Made by a program: the position numbers and the translations under genes. Of a stretch of DNA of 64,000 bases, positions 1-10,276 are shown in pieces (the stretch's first letter is position 1; every line of letters begins with the position of its first letter). Location of the stretch: assembly GCA_031290985.1 (NCBI GenBank), contig JARLJW010000111.1, forward strand, positions 52,104 to 116,103, given 5' to 3'. A model generated the notes under the pieces. It searched no databases. It was not told the DNA's origin and saw only the letters and a list, made by a program, of their open reading frames with translations. The DNA is from Verrucomicrobiia bacterium. Its GTDB lineage: Bacteria > Verrucomicrobiota > Verrucomicrobiia > Limisphaerales > UBA11358.

Positions 1-1130
1 GAAATCTTGTACTTCTCATGGTACGGGCTGGACGGATCGATCCAGCGGTTGTGGGTGACCAGCGGCAGTCCGACCGCCTTTTGGAAAACCGCCAGTCCAT
101 CCGGGAAAAGATCGGTGTGGGCCTTGTATTCCAACAACCCGCCGTAACGGTTCCACTCGCCCGCCGGCAGTTTCCCGGCCTTCTTGGGCTTGCCCGCCAC
201 GCCGTCGTAATTCGTGATCGTCTTGTAATACCACCAGGAATCCAGTTGCAGGTAGCGGATGGGAATCTCCTCCTGCCGGTAGGTCTCCACCAAACCTTGC
301 AGCGTACCGGCATAGCCCTTGGAAAAATCGTAGTTGTAATAGTACGCCGCGCCATTGTCGGTCCAGTAACCCAGATATTTTAGCGTGGCATCCGCGTCAT
401 TCGCCGGCCGTTTGGCGCCCCCCAGATCAACCAGGGCCTTGCCCCACGCGTCCCAGGTTTTATTGATGCCCTTGCCGAAAGCCACGAGCGTCTGCTGGGT
501 GAAACCGGCGGGCACGTTGCGCAGATCCGGATTGAAACCGCTGGCGACCTGCTTGTGGCCGTCACCGATCATGCTCGCAACCATGAAATGGGTGGCCGGC
601 GAAATCAGGAAGGCATTCGCGTCATCATCGAACAACAGCCAGGGTGTCGAGATCTCCACGCCGGAAAAATGCGGCGGCGCAAACTCGTGGAGGCCGTAAC
701 TGAAGACGTGCAGCTTGTCCGGCAGCGTGGTGAAGTCCGGGAAAGCGGCGGGCGGCAGTTCGGAAGCCTTGCCACAGGTCTGGGAAAAGAGCGCCAGCGG
801 TTTGCCATCGTAAATCCGGATCCAGCCGCTCATCGGCCGCTGCCTGCTCTGCCAGTCAAAAGCGGTTTGCCGATAGTCCCCCAGTCCATCGTGCCCACGG
901 CTGGTTTTGACATGCTGCAACGGGGCGGCCAGCGTGCCGCCAAACGTCCACGCCGGATCGCGGGAAACAACCTGGTAGCCGCCCTGCTTGGCGTCCATTT
1001 TCACGTCCAGCCCGCCATCGGCCGGGCTGGCATCATGGTTCGCCGCCGGGCTGACGTTACCGGAAAACGCCAGCACCAGCCCGGCCAGTGCGGGGAAAGT
1101 TGATTTACGAAATGCAGCAAAATTGAACAT
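1..1130 (-). CDS. secreted protein, N-terminal 376 aa only (3' end lies beyond window start); possible TIM-barrel glycoside hydrolase
   Basis: Absent from ORF track because there is no stop in the window. My translation from ATG (revcomp of 1128-1130) stays open to nt 1. Starts MFNFAAFRKSTFPALAGLVLAFSGNVSPAA (signal peptide). Contains YLGYWTDNGAAYYYNYD and IPIRYLQLDSWWYY, which weakly recall GW.TW / DDGW strands of clan GH-D enzymes. Confidence 0.7.
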   Translation of the reverse strand, partial: MFNFAAFRKSTFPALAGLVLAFSGNVSPAANHDASPADGGLDVKMDAKQGGYQVVSRDPAWTFGGTLAAPLQHVKTSRGHDGLGDYRQTAFDWQSRQRPMSGWIRIYDGKPLALFSQTCGKASELPPAAFPDFTTLPDKLHVFSYGLHEFAPPHFSGVEISTPWLLFDDDANAFLISPATHFMVASMIGDGHKQVASGFNPDLRNVPAGFTQQTLVAFGKGINKTWDAWGKALVDLGGAKRPANDADATLKYLGYWTDNGAAYYYNYDFSKGYAGTLQGLVETYRQEEIPIRYLQLDSWWYYKTITNYDGVAGKPKKAGKLPAGEWNRYGGLLEYKAHTDLFPDGLAVFQKAVGLPLVTHNRWIDPSSPYHEKYKI

Positions 1131-1223
1131 GAATTTGAATGGCCCTGGATTTTTGCAGCCGGTGCTGCGTGCGTTCCGGAATTGTTAAATGGATTTAAAG
1201 CGGGTTTCCCGTTCCCAACCGGA

Positions 1224-2129
1224 TCACTGCAAACTGCTCGTCGCTTGCCGGAGCCATAGTAAATCCGCATTGTTTTGAGCGGTAAGGTTGCTGATTTTGG
1301 AGTATTTCACCGGGTTGGGAACCAGCGCGGCATCCACCCATTTATGCGGCGCCACATGACCATCCGCATAAGCCAGCACACCGGAACCACCGTGGTTGTT
1401 GGCCGGATAATCATTCCAGACATAGGTGCCGCCGGTGTAGTCAGCCGACACGCTCTGCAAGTTCACCCGGAATAAACCGTCGTTGATCGAGTCGGGATGT
1501 TCGTCAATGAACACCCAGGCGTTGACCGGGGACGGATTATTGATGTCCGATTGCTTGTTGTAAATTTTCCAATTCTGCCCCGCGCCATATTGATTCACCA
1601 CCGTGGCCTGACCGCCACCACTGATGGTGGCGACAACTCCGCCCCCCATTTGACTGTTCATTGAAATGCTGCGGTTACGCGGCCCTTGGAAGCCTTGGGA
1701 AAGGTCGCCCGGACATTTGTAAATCGCCACCGCCTTGCCACAATAGGGACCGAGGAGGGCGTTGGCCAGATAGCTGAGGTCATAATTCTGCGGATAGTTT
1801 ACCGGCGGCGGACCCTGGTCCCACATCAAGACATTGTCCACCCAGCCGACGACGCCTTGGCCGATGGCAACATTATTGGCATTCACCACCAGCTTGTCGC
1901 TGTAATCGTCGGCGTAAAGTATCCAGGCATACGACAATTGTTTCTGGTTGCTGACGCAGGCGATCTGTTGCGCCTTCATCTTGGCCCGGCTCAAGGCCGG
2001 CAGGAGCATCGCCGCCAGGATGGCGATGATCGCTATGACGACCAGCAGTTCAATCAAAGTAAAACCGGAGGCGGACAACTTGGCGGCCGGCCGGCCAGGC
2101 CGCGGGGAATTCAACATTGGGTTCATCAA
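1224..2129 (-). CDS. prepilin-type N-terminal cleavage/methylation domain protein (PVC 'DUF1559/H-X9-DG'-like)
   Basis: ORF track 301 aa. Has the type IV pilin-like leader plus helix [31 protein letters not shown]-terminal [11 protein letters not shown] matches the H-x9-DG-type ending common in PVC paralog families. Confidence 0.85.
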   Translation of the reverse strand: MMNPMLNSPRPGRPAAKLSASGFTLIELLVVIAIIAILAAMLLPALSRAKMKAQQIACVSNQKQLSYAWILYADDYSDKLVVNANNVAIGQGVVGWVDNVLMWDQGPPPVNYPQNYDLSYLANALLGPYCGKAVAIYKCPGDLSQGFQGPRNRSISMNSQMGGGVVATISGGGQATVVNQYGAGQNWKIYNKQSDINNPSPVNAWVFIDEHPDSINDGLFRVNLQSVSADYTGGTYVWNDYPANNHGGSGVLAYADGHVAPHKWVDAALVPNPVKYSKISNLTAQNNADLLWLRQATSSLQ

Positions 2130-2215
2130 TGTTAATTATGCTTCATCCCCTGAATCCAACCAGCCCCCAAAACCTGTGGTAATGCACCCACGGTTTCCCG
2201 GGGGCCATCAGCCCC

Positions 2216-2866
2216 TCACGGATTCTTGCGCTGACTCAGGTACTTCAAGGCCGCCTGGGTGCGGGAACGCACATGCAGCTTGGTGTAGATATGGCGGAGA
2301 TGCCAGGTGACGGTCTCAATGCTGATGGAAAGCTTGTCCGCAATTTCCTTGTTGGCGCAGCCCTGGGACAGCAGCTCCAAAACCTCCTGTTCTCGGCGAG
2401 AAAGGTTGTCCTCGGCGGCGGCGGGGGCCGGGGCCGGCTCGCGGAAGGCGCCCAGCACCTTGCGGGCGATCTCGCTGGACATGGGCACGCCCCCGGCGTG
2501 AACCTCGCGGATGGCCTGCAAAATCTTTTCCGGCGCGGCGCGCTTGAGGATGTAGCCGCTGGCACCCGCCCGCAATGCATTGAACACCCGGTCGGCGTCA
2601 TCGTAGACGGTGATCATCACCACCTGCACCGCCGGCAGGAGTTCCTTCATGCGCGCGGTGCATTCGATGCCCGACATCACCGGCAGGTTGATGTCCATGA
2701 GGATGACCTCGGGCATCGCCTTCGGCAGCACGCGCAGCGCCTCCTCCGCGCTCGGGCACGCGGCCACGCACGAAAATTTTGCCGACGATTTCAGCAGCCA
2801 TTCCAGGCTCTGCCGGATGCCGGCATCGTCCTCGACGATTCCTACGGTGATCACTTTTTCTTTCAA
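2216..2866 (-). CDS. NarL/FixJ-family response regulator (REC + LuxR HTH)
   Basis: Receiver motifs VGIVEDD and VILMDINLPVMSG. C-terminal LSRREQEVLELLSQGCANKEIADKLSISIETVTWHLRHIYTKL. Lies 21 nt downstream of the kinase gene. Confidence 0.9.
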   Translation of the reverse strand: MKEKVITVGIVEDDAGIRQSLEWLLKSSAKFSCVAACPSAEEALRVLPKAMPEVILMDINLPVMSGIECTARMKELLPAVQVVMITVYDDADRVFNALRAGASGYILKRAAPEKILQAIREVHAGGVPMSSEIARKVLGAFREPAPAPAAAEDNLSRREQEVLELLSQGCANKEIADKLSISIETVTWHLRHIYTKLHVRSRTQAALKYLSQRKNP

Positions 2867-2887
2867 AACTTAAAAATGAGTTTGGGC

Positions 2888-5800
2888 TCAGGCCAGGGGC
2901 AGGCTCATGGTGACCGCCACGCCGCCGCCCGGCAGGCTGGTGATGTCACATTGTCCGCCAATTTGCGCCATGCGTCGCCGTAAATTATCCAGGCCATCGC
3001 CCGTCTGCCCGGGCACGGCCGCCGGCAGGCCGCGCCCGTTGTCTTCAATCACGATCAAGAGCCGGTCCGTTCCCTCGAACAAAATCCTGATGCGCACCTC
3101 GGTGGCGCCCGAGTGCCGGACCACGTTGGTCAGCGCCTCTTTGAAGGCGAGGAACAGGTTGTGCCGCTGCTCCGAACTCAACGGGTGTTCCCGCCCGGCT
3201 TCCGACACTTCCAGACGGCAGCGGATGGCGGTTGGTTCCAGAAATCCCTGCGCATACTGGCTGAGGTAACCGGTCAGGGAATTGACCGAGTCGTTGCGCG
3301 GATTGACCGCCCAGACGATTTCATCCAGCGCCACCACCAGGTCATGGCAGCGTTGGACAATGCGCTGCAGCGCCTCCTGTTTGCCGGTGGAGAACCGTGA
3401 GGGATCTTGCAGCAAACCGCCCAGCAGGCTGATCTCGGTCAGGCCGGCGCCCAGGTCATCGTGCAAATCCTGCGCGATCCGCGACCGCTCCCGCTCCAAT
3501 TCATGCTGTCGCTCCAGTTGCTCCATCCGGTGATGCATCCGCCGGCGCATGACGATCACCACGGCCAGCAGCAAGGCCATCACCGCAATCAAGCTCAGGC
3601 CTCCCTGAAACCACACGGTCTGGTAGAGATGCGGATTCACCTTCACCGTCAACAAATCCCCTTCCCGGCTGAAGACGCCGTCGCTGTTGCAGGCGATCAC
3701 GCGAAAAATGTATTCCCCCGGCGGCACATGGCGATAGATGGCCTTCCGTTCCACTCCCGCATCGTTCCAATTGTTTTCCAGGCCTTCGAGCTTGTATTTG
3801 AAATGGACCCGCAAGGGCGAACCCAGGCTCAGGCCGGCATAATGAAATTCCAGATCCCCGCGTCCAGGGCCGACCTGCATCGCCGGGGCCGGCGCCGGCC
3901 GGGTTTCTTTCCAGCCTTTTGCCGAAACCGTCAGGATGGCCCCCGCACGATCCGGCCAGACCCGCTGGTCATCCGCCCGGAATTCCTCCAGGGCCACCGC
4001 CGGCGGCACGGGGTTGATATGAACGCCGGTGGGATCCACCGCCGCCACGCCGTTGGCCATGGCAAAGAACAACGTGCCATTGCGGCCACGCCAGCAGTTC
4101 GGCTGGTCGATGATCGCACTGCCGATCGTCAGCAGTCCGTCCGGCTGGCCATAAACGCTCACGGGCAGCTCCTCCGCCTCACCCCGCTCAAACTGGTCGA
4201 GGGCGCCGCCCAGGATGCGGACGATGCCCGCGCGCGACCCGAGCCAGAGATTCCCCTGCGCATCAAACATCACCTGGGAAATGCTGTCCGAAGGCAGCCC
4301 GTTTTTCATCGTATACCGGAAAAACTGCTTCGTGTTCCAATGCAGCAATCCGCCCTGCTCGGTTCCCGCCCACAGTCCACCGTCGGCCGCCGGCCACAAA
4401 GCCCAGATGCGTCCCAGCGAACTCCGATCGGGCGGCTCCAACCGGACAAATTGTTTGCCATCCCAGCGCAGCAGGACCCCATCCAATGTGCCCGCCCAGA
4501 TGGTTCCGTCCGCGGCTTCCGCCAGCGCCGTGGGATGGTCGCCCACGGCTTTCGAGGTGTATACAAATGACAGCTCCCCGTTCGTCACACAGACGATCGA
4601 GTAAAGGGTCCCGACCCAGAGCCGTCCATCTCTGGCCGGCAACAACAACCGGGGTGGCCAGTTTGAAAACTGGTTCTGGGTGGCGATCAGCCGGATCTGC
4701 CCGGCTTCAGACAACATCAGGCCGACGCCCTGCGCGCCGATCCAAACCCGTCCCTTGGCATCCGCGGCGGCACAGCTATCCTGCACCACGCGCGCCGGCC
4801 CCGGCAGCGGGAGGTTGGTGCAGACGCCGTTTTCATAACGTCCGACCACGCCGCTGTGAGTGCCAATCCAAATGGCGCCACCCGCATCCTCGCTGACGGT
4901 ATTGATAAGGGTGTCGCCCAACCCCTGGTCTTTGCTCATCGAGCGGAACAACCGGCGGCGCACCTGCACCAGACCGCCCCGCTCGTAGCCCGTCCAAATG
5001 TCGCCATCGTGATCTTCGTAGGCAAAATGGATGGCATTGCTCGGCAAACCATCCCGCGTGGTCAACCGGCTGAAACCACCGTCCATCGCGACGCGGATCA
5101 ATCCCAGGTCACCGGCCCCCGACCATAAACCGCCCTCCTTGTCGCCGTGCACGAAACGGACGGAAACTTTTTTGGCCGTCAGCTCCCGGCTCCAGCCTTC
5201 GGACTCGGCCACCCATTGCCGGTCAAGGCAACGCCGCATCCGCCCGTTCGCTTCCACCCAGATATTGCTGCCGCCGGACGGAATGATTCTCCGCACATTC
5301 AGGTCGGGCTCGCCGTTCGTGGGTGTCATCACTTCAAACTGATTGGTTTGCCAGACGGCCAGCGTCTTGTCCGTGCCGATCCAGATGCGTCCCTGGAGAT
5401 CGGAAGTCATCACCTTGATTCGCTGCCCTTCCCAGCCGTCCGCCAGGGTAATCTTTTGGGTGTCTTTGCCGTCCCAGATGCCGATTTCATTATCGCCGCG
5501 CAGATACCAGACCCGGCCGGCGGCATCGGCACATTGCTGGCCCTGGGGCAGGCTTTCGGGGAGCGCCACGGTTTGCCAGTCCCACTGTTCACCCTGTTTC
5601 AGGCCGGACAACAACCGGCCGTCGCCATAGACAAAAATCGTCCGGCTCGGTGCGGACCATAACATATGGTCCGGCTGGCTGGCGCTGGTGAACACGGAAC
5701 GAAACCCATGTTTGTCCCACGTGGTCATGCCGCCGTCAAACATGGTGATCCAGAGCATCCCATCCGCCGCCACCCTGAGCCGGGGAACGCCCCATTTCAA

Positions 5801-6076
5801 CGAAAACTCCGGGGTGTTGGCGGAGTTGTAACTGACAAAGCGGGTGCCATCGAAGCGCAACACGCTCCCAAACAGGGTGCCGACCCACAGATAACCTTCC
5901 GGCGTCTGGGCCACGTCCGTGACGGAGCCTTCTGTCAAACCGTCATCCGCCCCCCAGACCTTGACGACATAATCCTGCCCGGCGGTGTCGCTTTCATCGG
6001 CCAGCGCCAACGGCGGCGGCAGCAGGCAAAGGCACAGCAGCCACCAGCCAAAAAAGCGTTTCGCGGTGGGTTGCAT
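2888..6076 (-). CDS. sensor histidine kinase with large extracytoplasmic beta-propeller-repeat domain (HisKA_3 + HATPase_c)
   Basis: 1062 aa. Signal/TM at the N-terminus and many WVGT/WIGT/WAGT propeller-type repeats. TM segment GGLSLIAVMALLLAVVIVM. H-box RSRIAQDLHDDLGAGLT, then LIVIEDNGRGLP and the G-box region. Confidence 0.9.
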   Translation of the reverse strand: MQPTAKRFFGWWLLCLCLLPPPLALADESDTAGQDYVVKVWGADDGLTEGSVTDVAQTPEGYLWVGTLFGSVLRFDGTRFVSYNSANTPEFSLKWGVPRLRVAADGMLWITMFDGGMTTWDKHGFRSVFTSASQPDHMLWSAPSRTIFVYGDGRLLSGLKQGEQWDWQTVALPESLPQGQQCADAAGRVWYLRGDNEIGIWDGKDTQKITLADGWEGQRIKVMTSDLQGRIWIGTDKTLAVWQTNQFEVMTPTNGEPDLNVRRIIPSGGSNIWVEANGRMRRCLDRQWVAESEGWSRELTAKKVSVRFVHGDKEGGLWSGAGDLGLIRVAMDGGFSRLTTRDGLPSNAIHFAYEDHDGDIWTGYERGGLVQVRRRLFRSMSKDQGLGDTLINTVSEDAGGAIWIGTHSGVVGRYENGVCTNLPLPGPARVVQDSCAAADAKGRVWIGAQGVGLMLSEAGQIRLIATQNQFSNWPPRLLLPARDGRLWVGTLYSIVCVTNGELSFVYTSKAVGDHPTALAEAADGTIWAGTLDGVLLRWDGKQFVRLEPPDRSSLGRIWALWPAADGGLWAGTEQGGLLHWNTKQFFRYTMKNGLPSDSISQVMFDAQGNLWLGSRAGIVRILGGALDQFERGEAEELPVSVYGQPDGLLTIGSAIIDQPNCWRGRNGTLFFAMANGVAAVDPTGVHINPVPPAVALEEFRADDQRVWPDRAGAILTVSAKGWKETRPAPAPAMQVGPGRGDLEFHYAGLSLGSPLRVHFKYKLEGLENNWNDAGVERKAIYRHVPPGEYIFRVIACNSDGVFSREGDLLTVKVNPHLYQTVWFQGGLSLIAVMALLLAVVIVMRRRMHHRMEQLERQHELERERSRIAQDLHDDLGAGLTEISLLGGLLQDPSRFSTGKQEALQRIVQRCHDLVVALDEIVWAVNPRNDSVNSLTGYLSQYAQGFLEPTAIRCRLEVSEAGREHPLSSEQRHNLFLAFKEALTNVVRHSGATEVRIRILFEGTDRLLIVIEDNGRGLPAAVPGQTGDGLDNLRRRMAQIGGQCDITSLPGGGVAVTMSLPLA

Positions 6077-6260
6077 GGCGGCGAGTATGAAACATGGAAC
6101 GGTTTTATCGCCATGAAAAAATCAAATACCCCAGTTTTTGGGGGCTGGTCACCCCGGAAACCCGGTCTATATTCAAAAGCATCGCAATTCCACCATTTCA
6201 CAATTGAACGCCTGCTTTTTTCGCGGTGCCAGACATTTTAATCCCCAACCAACCCTACCC

Positions 6261-9200
6261 ATGATCAAAACCCTCAAAACCCTGCTGTCATCCCTGTTTA
6301 TCGCAGCCATCTCCCTGCTGCTGTTGGCAGGTTCCGCCCCGGCCCAGCAAATCGCCTATGACGAGGCAGGCAATTATCTCGTCACCGCCAACTGGACCAA
6401 CGGCGCCAACCAGGGCTTCGGCTTCACCCCGTGGGCGATTCTCACCAATGGGCCGGACGCTCACGGCACTTATTTAAACACGGTCAACAATCCCGTGTTT
6501 AGCATCGCTTCCATCACCAACGTGCTGGGCGTCGGATACACCAACGTGTGGGGCCTCTATGCAAACGGCCTGACCGACATCAATGAAACCACCGCTTTTC
6601 GCGGGTTCACCAATTCGCTGGGCACGAATACCTTCAAGCTCCAATGGGGCTCGCGTGGTGCGGGTTTCACCGCAACCACGAACAGCAGCACGGTACACGG
6701 CTGGTGCGGGTTCACTTTGCGGAATGGAAATTCCACCACTTCGGCCGATGATTTCAATGCGAACGCGCGCTTCTATCTCTACTTCAAAGATGGAGAAAAC
6801 CCCGCCACAATTTACGTTTGGGATGGTTCCAGCCCCTTCCCCTATCCCGTGCCGGGCACTTCTTTCAGCGATTTGGGCCGCGGCAACATCACCAACGCCA
6901 TTGAAGCGGAGGTCACCGTGGGCGCGGACGGCAATTCCTATCACCTGCTTTTGAAAGATTGCGTCCAAAATCGGACGATCTACACCACCGACAGCACCCT
7001 GATGGGTTCCGGAACCATTGACAGCGCCGCCCTGTTTTGCAAGGAAACCTCGGGGGATCAGATTTATAACCGGATGCAGATCGCCGTCCCCCACGTCCCG
7101 CCTGCCATTGTGAACCTCGTGCCGACGAACACCTCGCTCTACGTTGACGCCAGCTCGGCCAGCATTTCTTTTGAAGTGAAATCGCTGTTATCCACCGTGG
7201 TCAGCACCACCGTCTCCGCTTCGCTCAACGGCGTTCCGCTGTCGGCCATCAACTTCAGCACCGCTTCGCCCACGAGCGACCTGATCGTCAGCAGCAGTGC
7301 CCCGCTCGCCCCGGACACTTTCTACACCCTGGTGATCACCGCTCAGGATGCCAATGGTGACACCACGACCAACATCTCCAACTTTAACACTTTTCTCGCG
7401 ACCGACCTCTACATCGACTGCGGCGACTATAACTACAGCAGCGGCGGCGCGAGCGGATTGTTCGTCAACAGTCCCACGCCGGCCAACGCTTATGCCGGCT
7501 TCATCGGCAGCAACAACATCGATTACTTTGAAACCGACCTGACGGGCACCAACAACCTCTACCGGCCGGGCGATCTGCCGCAGGTCATCTTTCTCGCCAC
7601 GGACAGCACGGGCGACCCGGTGCCTCATGCCGGCGGCGCGTTCACCATCTACAGCCTCGGCTTCACTGTCGCCACCGAATGGGAGAATTACACCCGGGTG
7701 CTCCCGCCGGCCGTCACGAACTACAACATCTACGCCCGCGCCGCGAGCGGCACCGGCGGGCAATTCGAGATTGAACGGCTGACCAACGCCATCGCCACCA
7801 CCACGAACCAGCCGCTCGCCGCCCTCGGACGTGTCAACGTTCCGAACACTGGCGGCAGCCGCATCCACACCGGCCAGTTGACGCCGCTTACCGATCTGTT
7901 CGGCAATACCGTGCTGGTCCCGTTATCAGGCACCAACACGCTCCGTTGCACCGCCATCTCCAACCAGGGTTACAACCTTGAATATCTCCTCGTGGTGGCC
8001 AACACCAGCGCCACCGGCACGCTTCGCCCGTATATCGCGTCAGGCTCGCCCGCTCCCGGAGCCACCGCCGTGGCCACCACCAGCAAGATCAACTTCACCG
8101 TCGCCAACCGGCAGACCACGGTCACCAACGTCCAGTTGTACCTCAACGGCACCAACTACAGTTCCGCGGTGTTCCTCACCAACAACCTCGTCGGCAGCAC
8201 GGTGTTTGTGAGTCCCACCAACCTGCTGGCCAACACCAACAACACGATCACCGCCATCATCGCGGACAGTGCCGGGGTCTTGCAGACCAATACCTGGACC
8301 TTTGCCACCGCGGGGGTCGCGGGCAATGGCGTGTGGACCGGCGGAGCCGCTCCTGATTTGAATTGGGCCACGACCCTCAACTGGGCGGGCGGCGTCCCCG
8401 GCCCCGGTTTTACGGCGCAGATTTCAAGCGTCGGCGGCAGCACCAACTACACCACGAACAGCATCGTGGCCGCCAATGTCTCCATTGCAGTATTGGATTA
8501 CACCACGAATTCGTTCGGGTATCACACCACGTTGATCGCCGACGGCGTGACCCTCACGGTGTCCAATGGATCGACTTCCATCGGCCCGATCGTCCAGGCG
8601 GGCGGCCCCTCACCGAACGGTGATAACATTTTCGGCAAGCCGGTGACCAATACCATCACCGGCGGCAACGGCACGCTCTATGTTACGGGCAACTCCCAGG
8701 CCAGCGGCCAGGCGAACCAATTGAACTTCCAAGTGCGCCAAATTATGGTGCCGAACCAGTCCAACGGCGTGGTCCTGGACATGTCCGGCCTCGGCACCAT
8801 GATCGCGACCGTGGGCAAATTCTTCGTGGCCCAGGGCGGCAGCGGCTCGCTGACCAATGTCAGTGGTGTATTGTACCTGGCACGGACGAATGTCATCACC
8901 TGCCTGCGCGCAGGTAATGCCGGCCAGTTTGAAGTGGGCGACAGCAGCAACGGCACCAACACGCTGATGGGCAGCGGTCTTTATCTGGGCATCACCAACT
9001 CCTTGTACGTGGATACCGTGCGCATCGGCAAGAACAGCGCCACGAACAACGTCGTGCGCTTCAACCCCGTCTTCACCAACAGCACCACCCCGGCGGTGCT
9101 CATCCGCGGCACGAACGGTTTGAACAGCCGCGTTTCCAATTTCACCATCGGCGATGCTGACAGTGAACCGCGCGTCCTTAACTACGTCCAGGCCAATGTG

Positions 9201-10115
9201 GACTTCAATGGCGGCAAAGTGGATGCCTTGCTGACCACCCTGGCCTTGGGCCGGGGTGAGGCGTTCGCTCTCGATGCCGGGGCGGCCCAAGGCACGCTCA
9301 ATTATTCCGCTGGCACGATTGATGCCATAAATGTCCTGGTGGGCGTCCAGCGCGCCGTCAATACCGCCACGGAAAGCGGCGTCATCAACCTGACCGGCAC
9401 CGCCATCCTGTCCAGCACCAACATCACGCTGGCCCAGACCAATGCCGGCGGCACGGTCTCGCTCGTCTCGGGCACGATCAACGTCACCAACGGCACCGTC
9501 CGCGGCAACATCAATGCCGGCGGCGGCGTCAGCACCGTCAACCTCAAGTCCGGCACGCTGGTCGTCTCCAACAACGTCGGCTCCGCCGCCGTTCCGCTCT
9601 CGGCCTTGAACCTCTCCACCGCCTCGCTGCACTTCCGGGCGGATGGCAACGCCACCACGGCCCTCATCTATGCGTCCGCCGTCGGCGTCAGCGGCACCTC
9701 GACCATCACGGTTGACTCCGTGGCCAACGTCACCGGCGCCAAGACCATTCACCTGATCAACTACGCCGGCGCCACGCCGTTCGCCGGCCTCGCGCTGGCG
9801 CCCCTGCCGGCCGGTTTCACCGGCAGCCTCGCGGACAGCGGCACCAGCATCGACCTGATCATGAACGTCGCCGTGTCCAAGCCCCCGACCATCCGCAACA
9901 TCGCCATCAATGGCAGCGGCCAGGTCATCATCGGCGGCACCAACAACGCCGGTGCCGGCGGCACCTACTCCGTGCTGACCTCCACCAACCTCCTGGTGCC
10001 CCTGACCAACTGGGTCGTGCTCACCAGCGGCAGCTTTGACGCCAGCGGAAACTTCTCGTCCACCAACACGACGGGAACCAACACCCAGCAGTTCTACCTG
10101 CTCAAGGTGCCCTGA
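6261..10115 (+). CDS. giant secreted beta-rich protein with autotransporter-associated (PATR-like) beta-strand repeats
   Basis: ORF 6138-10115; I prefer the ATG at 6261 because it gives the signal peptide MIKTLKTLLSSLFIAAISLLLLAGSAPAQQ. T/N/S/G-rich. Contains a GNGVWTGGAAPDLNWATTLNWAGGVPG-type repeat. C-terminus ends QQFYLLKVP. Confidence 0.8.
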   Translation: MIKTLKTLLSSLFIAAISLLLLAGSAPAQQIAYDEAGNYLVTANWTNGANQGFGFTPWAILTNGPDAHGTYLNTVNNPVFSIASITNVLGVGYTNVWGLYANGLTDINETTAFRGFTNSLGTNTFKLQWGSRGAGFTATTNSSTVHGWCGFTLRNGNSTTSADDFNANARFYLYFKDGENPATIYVWDGSSPFPYPVPGTSFSDLGRGNITNAIEAEVTVGADGNSYHLLLKDCVQNRTIYTTDSTLMGSGTIDSAALFCKETSGDQIYNRMQIAVPHVPPAIVNLVPTNTSLYVDASSASISFEVKSLLSTVVSTTVSASLNGVPLSAINFSTASPTSDLIVSSSAPLAPDTFYTLVITAQDANGDTTTNISNFNTFLATDLYIDCGDYNYSSGGASGLFVNSPTPANAYAGFIGSNNIDYFETDLTGTNNLYRPGDLPQVIFLATDSTGDPVPHAGGAFTIYSLGFTVATEWENYTRVLPPAVTNYNIYARAASGTGGQFEIERLTNAIATTTNQPLAALGRVNVPNTGGSRIHTGQLTPLTDLFGNTVLVPLSGTNTLRCTAISNQGYNLEYLLVVANTSATGTLRPYIASGSPAPGATAVATTSKINFTVANRQTTVTNVQLYLNGTNYSSAVFLTNNLVGSTVFVSPTNLLANTNNTITAIIADSAGVLQTNTWTFATAGVAGNGVWTGGAAPDLNWATTLNWAGGVPGPGFTAQISSVGGSTNYTTNSIVAANVSIAVLDYTTNSFGYHTTLIADGVTLTVSNGSTSIGPIVQAGGPSPNGDNIFGKPVTNTITGGNGTLYVTGNSQASGQANQLNFQVRQIMVPNQSNGVVLDMSGLGTMIATVGKFFVAQGGSGSLTNVSGVLYLARTNVITCLRAGNAGQFEVGDSSNGTNTLMGSGLYLGITNSLYVDTVRIGKNSATNNVVRFNPVFTNSTTPAVLIRGTNGLNSRVSNFTIGDADSEPRVLNYVQANVDFNGGKVDALLTTLALGRGEAFALDAGAAQGTLNYSAGTIDAINVLVGVQRAVNTATESGVINLTGTAILSSTNITLAQTNAGGTVSLVSGTINVTNGTVRGNINAGGGVSTVNLKSGTLVVSNNVGSAAVPLSALNLSTASLHFRADGNATTALIYASAVGVSGTSTITVDSVANVTGAKTIHLINYAGATPFAGLALAPLPAGFTGSLADSGTSIDLIMNVAVSKPPTIRNIAINGSGQVIIGGTNNAGAGGTYSVLTSTNLLVPLTNWVVLTSGSFDASGNFSSTNTTGTNTQQFYLLKVP

Positions 10116-10171
10116 TCCGGCTGGAACGTTTGTACCCGCTGTGAATATATAGACCTTGTTGGGGGGTATGC

Positions 10172-10210
10172 GGCCGTCGGGCAGTTAACCTGCCCGGCGG
10201 CTTCCATTTT
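10172..10210 (+). terminator. possible intrinsic terminator after the giant secreted protein gene
   Basis: Imperfect hairpin GGCCGTCGGGCAG-TTAAC-CTGCCCGGCGGC followed by TTCCATTTTAT. The T-tract is weak. Confidence 0.4.
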
Positions 10211-10276
10211 ATCTTCGCTGCCCTATTATTCACTGCGATTGGCCGGGTGGTTGCCGGCAAATTGATTATTAGAAAA

